A DNA stretch of 64,000 nucleotides from Aureliella sp. (GTDB lineage: Bacteria > Planctomycetota > Planctomycetia > Pirellulales > Pirellulaceae): positions 1,440,001-1,504,000 of the forward strand of contig OY829846.1 in NCBI GenBank assembly GCA_963691875.1, given 5' to 3'. Under the pieces are notes generated by a model, which had not been told where the DNA came from, did no database searches, and saw only the letters and a list, made by a program, of their open reading frames with translations. Below, in pieces: positions 10,403 to 19,035 of this stretch. How positions within the stretch are numbered: position 1 is the stretch's first letter; each line of letters opens with the position of its first letter. The translations under genes and the position numbers were made by a program.

Positions 10403-11251
10403 TCAGTCATCGAGAGCTTGGGTGATCTCAATGGCTTTCTTGCCTCGCAAAGCCCCCGCTCTTCCTCGCAGCTTTCCTACGCCTTGAATGTCCACTTCAA
10501 GATCAGCTCTGGAAGATTGTTCAGTCGTCACGATGTCGCCTACTTGCAGGTTCATCAGATCACTCGCACTGATGCTGGATTTGGCCAAGTTCACGCGCAC
10601 CTCCGTCTCGGCCATTTTGACTTGAGTTGGCGGTCCAGCCGACAAGTCTTCGCTGTTCAAGTACTTGCTCAGTATGGCTTGGCAAGCTTTTGCAATTGTT
10701 GCTAGAGGAAAGGCCAGAGTAAGTGTGCCACTCTGAGAATCATCCTGGTGTGACAACTCCATTCGAATAGCAATCATGGCATCGGTTGCAGCAGCGATCT
10801 GAGCCAACTGTGGATTGGTCAAAGAATTGGCCAGCGCGACTTCTTGGACTCCAAATTCGCTCCAGATGCGTCGAAGTTCAATCAAGAAGGCCTCGGAAAC
10901 CTTTTCGAGGACTTTCCATTCGATGGCACTAAGTGGTCGTTCGGGTGTCAGGTCCTGTTGCGGTGCTCCGCCCAAAAGAAGGTTTACCAGTTGATAAGCC
11001 AATTCGGGAGAGTAGTCCAATAGCCATTGTCCGCCCAGTCCCGATGGTTCCAAAATATGCATGCATGTCGGATGCGAACAACTAAACAGGTACTCCGTAA
11101 GTCGCAGTTGCTCAAGCTGTTCCACACGCAGCTTGACGTTTGCAGGGAGAAGATCGGCTAAGATGGTGCTGGCTCGCTGCACAAATTCTTCATGCATCAA
11201 CTGCAGTGCATAGAGCTGCTGCGGGCTTAGCTGTAATTTACGATTGTTCAT
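10403..11251 (-). CDS. FliM-like flagellar motor switch protein (middle domain + SpoA/FliMN_C domain), N-terminally shortened
   Basis: ALQLMHEEF, EQLRLTEYLFSCSHPT, LVNLLLGG..ERPLSAIE, TNPQLAQI and C-terminal ISASDLMNLQVGDIV..GKKAIEI. Confidence 0.8.
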   Translation of the reverse strand: MNNRKLQLSPQQLYALQLMHEEFVQRASTILADLLPANVKLRVEQLEQLRLTEYLFSCSHPTCMHILEPSGLGGQWLLDYSPELAYQLVNLLLGGAPQQDLTPERPLSAIEWKVLEKVSEAFLIELRRIWSEFGVQEVALANSLTNPQLAQIAAATDAMIAIRMELSHQDDSQSGTLTLAFPLATIAKACQAILSKYLNSEDLSAGPPTQVKMAETEVRVNLAKSSISASDLMNLQVGDIVTTEQSSRADLEVDIQGVGKLRGRAGALRGKKAIEITQALDD

Positions 11252-11274
11252 GGCGATCCGTGCTTTCGCAGTTT

Positions 11275-12561
11275 CTACTCTCGAGTTTGTCCGTTACCGA
11301 CCACAAGGTATTTGTAGGTTGTCAATTCCTGTAACCCGCACGGGCCACGAGCGTGAAACTTATCGGTGCTGATTCCTATTTCTGCGCCTAACCCAAATTC
11401 CCCGCCATCGTTGAAGCGGGTACTTGCATTGACAATAACTGCACTGGAGTCGACTTGCCCGCAAAAAGCCTGAATAGAAGTGACGTCCTGGCTGACGATT
11501 GCATCGGTGTGATGCGAACCGTATTGGTTGATGTGAGCGACAGCTTCGTCCAAGCTCTCGACGACTTTGATGCTGATTTTTGGCCCAAGATACTCCGTGC
11601 CCCAATCAGCGTCCGTGGCTGGAGTCGCGTCCGGTAAGACGTCGCAAGTACGTACATCGCCAACGATCGCCACGTCGTGTTCTGCGAATCCTGCTGCGAT
11701 TCTGGGCAAGAGCTCTGTAGCTCGTGCGTGATGAATCAAGAGACTCTCACAGGCATTGCAAACGCCCATCCGCTGGCACTTCGAATTGAACACGATGTCT
11801 ACTGCCATCTGCGCATCGGCATGTACATCGACATAAACGTGGCAGTTCCCATCGTAGTGCTTGATGACAGGCATCGTGGCATCGCGTGCGACACGTTCAA
11901 TCAAACCTTTGCCGCCGCGAGGAATGGCTACGTCAATCGAGTCGCTCAGCGACAGAAAAAGCCCAACTGCTTCACGATCCGTTGTATTCACCAATTGAAT
12001 CGCATCTGCAGGGATACCGAACTCAGCCGTTTGTGCTCTGAGGATGTCAACAATTGCTTTCGAGGAATGGGCTGCTTCTTTTCCGCCACGTAAGATTACC
12101 GCGTTGCCGCTCTTCACACATATTGCCGCCGCGTCCGCCGTAACGTTGGGCCTCGACTCGTAGATGAAGAAGACGGAACCGAGCGGGACGCGGACTTTGC
12201 GGATCTCTAATCCGTTCGGGCGTATGCCACCAGAAATCGTTTCTCCGATGGGATCAGGCAGAGTTGCAATCTCGCGTAATGCGCTGGCAATTCCCTGGAT
12301 TCGACTTTCGTTTAGTACAAGACGGTCAATCTGAGCATCGGAAAGGCCGTATTGCGGCGCCGCTTCAATGTCGAACGCATTGGCTTCGATGATCGCTGAT
12401 TGCTCGTCGAGCAAAGCTGCTGCGGATGCTTCCAGCCAAGCATTCTTGGCCCTCGTTCCAATGGTCGATAACTCACGAGAGGCTCGCTTAGCCAACTGGG
12501 CAGTCTCAACACAATATTCGTGAAGTTGCTTAGTTTGATTTTCGTCTTCGATGGTGCTCAC
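11275..12561 (-). CDS. proA: Glutamate-5-semialdehyde dehydrogenase
   Basis: [41 protein letters not shown] and [29 protein letters not shown]. Confidence 0.97.
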   Translation of the reverse strand: MSTIEDENQTKQLHEYCVETAQLAKRASRELSTIGTRAKNAWLEASAAALLDEQSAIIEANAFDIEAAPQYGLSDAQIDRLVLNESRIQGIASALREIATLPDPIGETISGGIRPNGLEIRKVRVPLGSVFFIYESRPNVTADAAAICVKSGNAVILRGGKEAAHSSKAIVDILRAQTAEFGIPADAIQLVNTTDREAVGLFLSLSDSIDVAIPRGGKGLIERVARDATMPVIKHYDGNCHVYVDVHADAQMAVDIVFNSKCQRMGVCNACESLLIHHARATELLPRIAAGFAEHDVAIVGDVRTCDVLPDATPATDADWGTEYLGPKISIKVVESLDEAVAHINQYGSHHTDAIVSQDVTSIQAFCGQVDSSAVIVNASTRFNDGGEFGLGAEIGISTDKFHARGPCGLQELTTYKYLVVGNGQTRE

Positions 12562-12624
12562 GGATCATCTCTCGCGAAGGCAGACTTTGGGCTGCTTCTA
12601 TTTGATATTTATTGGGACGGCCGA

Positions 12625-13227
12625 TTATCCGTTATCCATGCAATCGCGGTCAACGGCAGGATTTTTCCCAGTCCCGCCGTTTTCATTGGCAACCGTCGGG
12701 TAGCTCGTCAGCTTGCTGTTTCGGGAGAAAGAGGCTTGCTGCTTGGTTGAGTCTTTTCGGTAGGGTGCACTTCCAAGGACGCGAGTAGCCCGGTCAGAGA
12801 GCATGCCAGAGCGATTTAACCTGGCAAACAGAGTTGCCCCTAGAACAGGGTATTCGCGCACCACCAGACCAACGCGGGCAAAGTCAGGAAAAACGGGGCA
12901 AATAAACTGTTCCGAACTGAGCCAGTGCGAAGAACATTCAAAACAGCAATGCCGCGTGCTAGGGTGCTGAGCAAGATAAGCCACCAAAGGGGGACTTTCA
13001 AACTCGCAAACGAAATCTGCGCTCGATCGCCAGCAACGGGATGCGCCATTTTTCCCCGGCAGGAAGAGCATGTCCTCGTTACTGCTTGGTGATAACTTGG
13101 CTGCCGCTTCGTCGACAATCGAGTCCAGAGCCTTGATGTGGCACCAGATCGAGCAAAAGTTGATCTGCGTGATCAATGTGAGTGTCAGAAAGGCAAAGGT
13201 CAGGATCCCCCGACGCGAGTGAGACAT
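12625..13227 (-). CDS. Hypothetical Cys-containing protein with N-terminal hydrophobic segment
   Basis: 200-aa ORF filling the gap between co-oriented genes, with a signal-like N-terminus; no family recognised. Confidence 0.35.
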   Translation of the reverse strand: MSHSRRGILTFAFLTLTLITQINFCSIWCHIKALDSIVDEAAAKLSPSSNEDMLFLPGKNGASRCWRSSADFVCEFESPPLVAYLAQHPSTRHCCFECSSHWLSSEQFICPVFPDFARVGLVVREYPVLGATLFARLNRSGMLSDRATRVLGSAPYRKDSTKQQASFSRNSKLTSYPTVANENGGTGKNPAVDRDCMDNG

Positions 13228-13444
13228 TCTCCAACCTTCTTACTTGCAACTACCATCAAAAACAACACTCCATTGCCCCTGTAATAGAACGTGGCTGCAA
13301 ATAAGCTAATCTCGCCCCATAGAAATCCGAGATGAATCGCAATGATGTCGGATTAGGGCCGATTCTAGGGAGTAACAAGAACAAGACTGCAAGAAAAGAG
13401 CCTATCTCGCCAAGGACGACTAAAGGATCGCCGGATCCGATGGT

Positions 13445-14518
13445 TCATTTAGTCGCTAGAACCGCCTCAAGAGCCTCGAGACTTTGGTCGTTGCTGCGTT
13501 GCGATGGAGTGCTCATTCCGCCTAGTAGAAGATGTGCTCGTGCTGTTCGAGTAGAACTGAATCGCTCGACGAGCTTTCCAGATGCATCGTAAATTCTACC
13601 GCGCTGCAACTCGCATCTTCCTTGGCTTCCGACAATCTCGACTTGCTCAATTGGACTAGAAAATTGGGGAGCTAAGCGGCAATGACTGTTTACGACGGCA
13701 TCTGAAAAATGCCAGCAAGCTCGGCTATCCAAACTGCAATCACCGTATTCTACATGAGATTGAATTCTTCCTTCATTCGGTCTATCACCGAACAACTCGC
13801 AAGCAAGTTCCATCAGTGCCGCTCGGTGCCGTAGCGTGCCATCACCCGCAAGCGAAGGCTCTGCGCGCCAAGCTGCCGCCGGGCGTTTCATCGCAAGTCT
13901 TCCAGGGGAAACACTGTACGATCTTGCATTTATCGCTAGCACTTCACCAATCGCTCCATCGCTAATCGCGGCGAGCGTCTCCGCGTGTCGGATGGTTAGT
14001 TCTTGACGGTTTCCAACACGAAGCTTAGGCGAGGTTCGCCTAACAATTTCGAGCAATTGCGAAAAAGTCTTGGGGCAAACCGCCAGAGGTTGTTCGGAGT
14101 AGACAGCCGTTCCCGCCTCCAGCGCGGTGCCAATCATCGAGGCACGTAGACCATAAGGTACGGCGATAATGACCCAATCGAGGCCGAGTTTCAATAGTTC
14201 GCGATATGCCTCTTGCCCCAGAAAACGTGCGTTGTTTTCGACACAAAACGCATCGGGGTGACGTCCCTTTAGAGAGCGAGATGCTTGTTGCATCTGGCTC
14301 TTCGAAGAATCAGCCAACGCTACCAAGCTCACCAGGCCGGCTTCCATCGCTGCCGCCGTCAACTGCAAGCCACTAGTTCCGCAGCCAATCAGACCCAGCT
14401 TTTGAGGCCTAATCACGGACGCGGCGCCGGCCGTTGCCGGCAGGGCGGAAGCAATGAGAAGCGACGATCCACGGATAAAACCGCGGCGGTTCTCGTTAAG
14501 GGGCTTACTCTGACTCAT
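13445..14518 (-). CDS. Gfo/Idh/MocA-family oxidoreductase, Tat-exported, divergent
   Basis: Twin-arginine NRRGFI, KLGLIGCGTSG, DWVIIAVP, YSEQPLA and ISDGAIGEV. Confidence 0.75.
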   Translation of the reverse strand: MSQSKPLNENRRGFIRGSSLLIASALPATAGAASVIRPQKLGLIGCGTSGLQLTAAAMEAGLVSLVALADSSKSQMQQASRSLKGRHPDAFCVENNARFLGQEAYRELLKLGLDWVIIAVPYGLRASMIGTALEAGTAVYSEQPLAVCPKTFSQLLEIVRRTSPKLRVGNRQELTIRHAETLAAISDGAIGEVLAINARSYSVSPGRLAMKRPAAAWRAEPSLAGDGTLRHRAALMELACELFGDRPNEGRIQSHVEYGDCSLDSRACWHFSDAVVNSHCRLAPQFSSPIEQVEIVGSQGRCELQRGRIYDASGKLVERFSSTRTARAHLLLGGMSTPSQRSNDQSLEALEAVLATK

Positions 14519-15157
14519 ACCGATGCAACAAAGCTCCGGCTAGGAGAATCGAGGAAAAAAAGAGAACGCACAAAGCTGATTCAGTTGTGGAACGGGGGTA
14601 TTCCACGATCGAAAAGTCTAAGTATGTCGTTGTCGTCGGCGAAATCAACTTTGTGCGTGCGAAGCGGGAGGGGGGAATACGGCAGAAGGGAAAATCTAAG
14701 GTCTAAAGAAGTATGAAATTTGCCTAAGGGATCTGGATCTTACCCTCACTACTTCGCCTGCCGCGGCTTGTACTGAAAGTACCCCTTATCAACGGCGATC
14801 GTAGAGACCTCAGCCGCCAACAACAGTATCTAAAATACCCTTAAACATAGGTTTTACAAGAGCGATTTCATCGCTTCCAGCAATTTATGAGGCCTTTAGG
14901 GACGTGGATTGGTAATTATCCGTCTTTTGTGTACGTTGACAGCGCTTTAGGCTACCTGCGTTGCCTGGGCACTCCTGGGGTAGCTAAGATGCTCCCTCCT
15001 ACATGATTGAAGGAGGGCCAGCAAAAAGTCTCTTTGTGAATCAAAATGGAGCAAAAATCGAATTCCGTCGACTTGAGCGCCATTTCACTAAGAGCAGGCA
15101 CCGCTGAGTAACATTAGTCGATGACGTATCTCCCAAGTGTAAGAAATATCTGCAACG

Positions 15158-15932
15158 GTGCATAAACTCGGATTGCTCTCTCTGATCTTCTGCTGTCAGC
15201 AACAAATTGCGGCTCAAGATGGCCAACCGCAGCGAAAGCTCGTTCTTGCTGGGGGCGGAAGCTTAACGGATTCTATCATTCGCAAGTTCCGAGAGCTGTC
15301 CGGGGGACAACCACGACTAGCCGTGATTCCCACCGCCTCGAGCACAAACCCAAATAACCTCGAAATTTCGAATTTGTGGCAGGAGCGAGGCTTCGAATAA
15401 GTCGAGGTGCTACATACTTCAGAAAGATCTCAGGCGAACATGGCCGAATTCTCCGCCGTCCTGAATCAAGCGACGGCCGTCTGGTTGGGGGCGGTTCCCA
15501 AACTCGCATTGCAGATGCTTACTGTGCCACTCTGGTGGAAACGCAATTGTTCGCACTTCTCAAGCGAGGCGGGGTTATCGGTGGGACTTCGGCCGGCGCT
15601 GCAATTCAAAGCAAAGTGATGATTGCGGGCGGAAGAACTCAGCCGCAGCTGAAAACAGGGCTTGATTTTTGCACGAGTCCATCATTGATCAGCACTTTCT
15701 GGCTCGTAACCGACTGCGTCGATCCATTAGTGCGGTCAAGCAGCAGCCACAGAAGATCGGGATTGGCATCGACGAAGGCACAGCTCTTGTCGTGGTCGAC
15801 AACGCTGCAGAAGTTATCGGTCGCTCATACGTCTCGCGAATTGAGTAACAAGAATCCGGCTTGGATATTCGCAGCTACGGAAGCGGAGAAAGAATACCGC
15901 TTGCAACGAATTCAGACGGCAAGGACGGTTAA
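15158..15932 (+). pseudogene. Cyanophycinase (peptidase S51) pseudogene
   Basis: LVLAGGG, LAVIPTAS, AVWLG/GGSQ, GGVIGGTSAGAA, IIDQHFLARNR and GIGIDEGTAL are spread over three frames. In-frame TAA stops at 15398 and 15846; frameshifts at G-run 15487-15491 and T-run 15666-15670. Confidence 0.85.
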
Positions 15933-16417
15933 CACAGATCGAATTCCGTCCCTGCTCGCAATGAAGCCCTTTACGGTGAGATATCCAATAAAGCCGATTT
16001 TTGCAAACTACGACGATACTCTTCAGATGCAGCGCGTGAGTCATCAAACCACGCTTTTGGGGCGGACGCGTTTTAGAAGAACATCGCCGTCTAACAGTCC
16101 TTTTTCGTTCTAACTGGAACCAGGCTGCTCAGTTCTCTCTGGTTTTGTAACGCGTCGAAAGCAAGTTTTCGCAAACAACAGTTTCTCTCCGACCAAGCCA
16201 GTCAATCAGACTAACCTGAACGGCCGGTCCAAAGTGAAAACGGATTGGCATGATGAATGCCGTCATTACGCTGCGACGATAACTTCAGCATCGGGAGAAG
16301 AAGATCATCACCTGTTTACCACACAGGCACTGACGACTTCGACCGTACCAAAGCAGATTTCAACGGATTGAGCATTACACACGAACACACATAAGTCGTG
16401 AAGAAGGAGCGAGTCCA

Positions 16418-16642
16418 ATGCTGGTGCTGTCGCGACATCGAGACGAGAGCATCATGATCGGAGATGACGTGGTCATTACCATCGTTGATATTCGTGGTGA
16501 CAAAGTAAGACTGGGTATTGAGGCACCTCAAGACATTCCAGTTCACCGTCAAGAAGTTTACGAAGCGATCAAAAGAGAGAATCAAAAGGCTGGACAAGTT
16601 CAGCCTGGTGAGACTCGATCGCTTGGAAATCGACGAAGATAG
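16418..16642 (+). CDS. csrA: Carbon storage regulator CsrA
   Basis: [51 protein letters not shown], with an AAGGAG RBS. Confidence 0.97.
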   Translation: MLVLSRHRDESIMIGDDVVITIVDIRGDKVRLGIEAPQDIPVHRQEVYEAIKRENQKAGQVQPGETRSLGNRRR

Positions 16643-16671
16643 AAACCGATCCTGGTGAAAAGAATAGCAAC

Positions 16672-16709
16672 AAATGGAGACGGGAGCAGAAGCACTCGTC
16701 TCCATTTTT
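16672..16709 (+). terminator. Intrinsic terminator-like hairpin after csrA
   Basis: AAATGGAGACGGGAGC-AGAA-GCACTCGTCTCCATTT followed by further T. Confidence 0.65.
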
Positions 16710-16758
16710 CGTAACCCATCTACGTAACATCCATAGAACATTCCATAGCCCTCCCGCC

Positions 16759-17994
16759 ATGCAAAGCACACCTTTTCTAACAGACGCAATCTTCACCCTT
16801 GACCAAGCATCGAAGATGGTTGGTGATATTCGCGCTACCTTGGGATTCGTCAAAACGGCTGGTGGGCTCACCACCGAGCAGTTGCACAAGAAACAGCTGC
16901 GAATCGATAGCTACTTACAAGCCCTTCAAGAGCTAGTGAAAGTCACTGAATTTGATCTTCAAGGCAAATCCGGTTCTCTCTGGAGCGGTTGCCTCGAAAT
17001 AGAACACAGCGCGGCATCTGTCGCAGCCATCGTGGATTGCCAAGTGAGCGAAGTAGAATTGGTGGATGGCGCAGCAAAAACGATCGTAATCGACATCGAA
17101 CAAAAAGCCCAACCTGCTGAGCTACTCATCCCCGAGGCTGCCTATGGTGCGGTGCTCGGCGGAGATATCGTCTTCGAAGTTTACGGAAATCGTGGACATG
17201 AAACTTTTGGTTTCGAAGCCGGTTCGAGTACCAAGCAAATCTGTGCAATGATCAATCTGTTTTCCATCGATACTGGGGTAGACGCAAAAATCACTCCTGC
17301 CGGACTTCGGCTCCGCAGCTTAGATTACGGCTCGACGGCTTACGCTGAATTCTCGATTGTCTCAGAGCACGCTGCCGGAAAGTTGTCTGAGTCTTCCAAT
17401 CAAGATCGCGTCTACGGAAAGGATGCGTTTGCTTCGATCAATGGTATCCCAGCGTTGGCTGAAGCAAGTAGGCTGAGCGTTCAAACCACAAAACTTGCCT
17501 TGCAAGTCCAGTTGCAACAGGACTTCGAAGGGACCGCTCAATTCACCATCTCGGGAGGTGGCGTCCGGCTGGCCTCTGAATTCGCCTCAAGAAAAGACAC
17601 TCGCCTTGGCCTAATTTCGCTGCTGCCGTCGAAGCTCGGCGGCCCCAGCGGTCGACTCTACGAAACCGGCAGTGGGCAACAGCACGCACTTACAGAATCT
17701 CCAAATCATGCTTTCAATATCGCCACAGAAGCAGAAGCTCGAATCGAATTGCTGCGTGAGCATTTGAAGATACTGAAGGAGCGAGAGTTGGATGCATTGC
17801 GAGAGCTCTGCAATCCAGCTCCAATAGGATCGCAGCAAGTCACGACGCGAAGGTCATTTCCGAACTACGACCTGAGTTCACAAAAACACGAGGCAACGCC
17901 AAAACCAAAACTCTTTCCACAGATTCTTGTGCAAAGCGGCGCGTCGGTACTTGATTTCCCTGAGGCAGATGCGGATTTCTTCACGCGTCGCTAG
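16759..17994 (+). CDS. Flagellin-derived protein lacking the N-terminal D0/part of D1 region
   Basis: DIRATL..LTTEQL..QLRIDSYLQAL..TEF, LRSLDYGS, SKLGGPSGRLYETGSG and C-terminal QILVQSGASVL match planctomycete flagellin segments; no RINTN..LSTGLRIN..DD N-terminus. Confidence 0.75.
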   Translation: MQSTPFLTDAIFTLDQASKMVGDIRATLGFVKTAGGLTTEQLHKKQLRIDSYLQALQELVKVTEFDLQGKSGSLWSGCLEIEHSAASVAAIVDCQVSEVELVDGAAKTIVIDIEQKAQPAELLIPEAAYGAVLGGDIVFEVYGNRGHETFGFEAGSSTKQICAMINLFSIDTGVDAKITPAGLRLRSLDYGSTAYAEFSIVSEHAAGKLSESSNQDRVYGKDAFASINGIPALAEASRLSVQTTKLALQVQLQQDFEGTAQFTISGGGVRLASEFASRKDTRLGLISLLPSKLGGPSGRLYETGSGQQHALTESPNHAFNIATEAEARIELLREHLKILKERELDALRELCNPAPIGSQQVTTRRSFPNYDLSSQKHEATPKPKLFPQILVQSGASVLDFPEADADFFTRR

Positions 17995-18107
17995 GCTCTC
18001 AGTATTGTTTCGAGCGGCTTGTGCCTCGTTGCTATCGGGTTCTATTTTTTGTCGCTCGTTTTGGATCGTCAACGCCACGAATGACCGTGCAATCGGCGAT
18101 TATCAAC

Positions 18108-19001
18108 TCAGCTTTCTTGCCTGCCAAGCTTGGCTTCGTGATGAGATTGAGGAATCTCGCGCACATCGACGGCGTCAATTACACCGCCATCTGCCGGATG
18201 CGATCCCTCTTGATCTGCTTCGTATCCCCTCCCCTGCCCCGGCCAAGCTTGATGGAACCAAGGTGCATTCGGGCGACCTTGAGCAGGTTGAGCCTGCTGT
18301 GCTGACTGGCGCATCGCCTCGCGAAAACGCACTTGGAGAAGCTCGAGCGTTCCAGAAACGAAAACGAAAATTGCGAGTATAAAGAGTGGGAAAATTGAAA
18401 AGTAGATGGCAGCGATGATGAACACGAGCGACATCCAGCGACCAACTCTTGCCGCGACCTCAGTGGCTCTCAGGTAACTCGTATTCATTGCCAGGAGGCC
18501 ACGCAAAACACGCCCACCATCCATTGGAAAGGCTGGAAGCAAGTTGAAGCCAAACAGAAGGCAATTTGCCACAATCCATTGGGTGAAGATATCCGCTCCG
18601 CCTGGATAAGTTGGCGCACTTATGCCTGGCTTGATACCGACTTGCAACAGCAGAAATAGAGCGAGCGCAATCACTAAATTGATGACTGGCCCGGCGAGAG
18701 CAATCACTAGCTCTTGCATCGGTGACTCGGGCAACCTCTTGAGCCGAGCCACTCCGCCGACTGGTAGCAAGGTGATGTCGGCGGTTTCAATACCACATCG
18801 TCGAGCCGCGGCAGCGTGGCCAAACTCATGGGCTACAATCGCAGCAAAAATCCCTCCGAGGAACAGAGCCGCGACCGCCGCTGGACCTACGCCAGTTCCA
18901 GGACCTGAACCTCCTAGGATTGGAAAAATGTAGACGACGGCGAGGATCCAAAACGACCAATGGATGTAGACGCCAATGCCACGGACGGATGCGATTTTCA
19001 T
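18108..19001 (-). CDS. Site-2 protease (peptidase M50)
   Basis: AHEFGHA (HExxH), ITLLPVGGVA, IALAGP and FNLLPAFPMDGGRVLR; multiple TM helices; no CBS pair. Confidence 0.92.
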   Translation of the reverse strand: MKIASVRGIGVYIHWSFWILAVVYIFPILGGSGPGTGVGPAAVAALFLGGIFAAIVAHEFGHAAAARRCGIETADITLLPVGGVARLKRLPESPMQELVIALAGPVINLVIALALFLLLQVGIKPGISAPTYPGGADIFTQWIVANCLLFGFNLLPAFPMDGGRVLRGLLAMNTSYLRATEVAARVGRWMSLVFIIAAIYFSIFPLFILAIFVFVSGTLELLQVRFREAMRQSAQQAQPAQGRPNAPWFHQAWPGQGRGYEADQEGSHPADGGVIDAVDVREIPQSHHEAKLGRQES

Positions 19002-19035
19002 TTTTCTAACTGCGGTCTGAGCTCAACATCGCGGC

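Noticed and set aside
16255..16282. Possible sigma28 promoter (GACGATAA) upstream of csrA
   Set aside because: No -35 TAAA element at canonical spacing.
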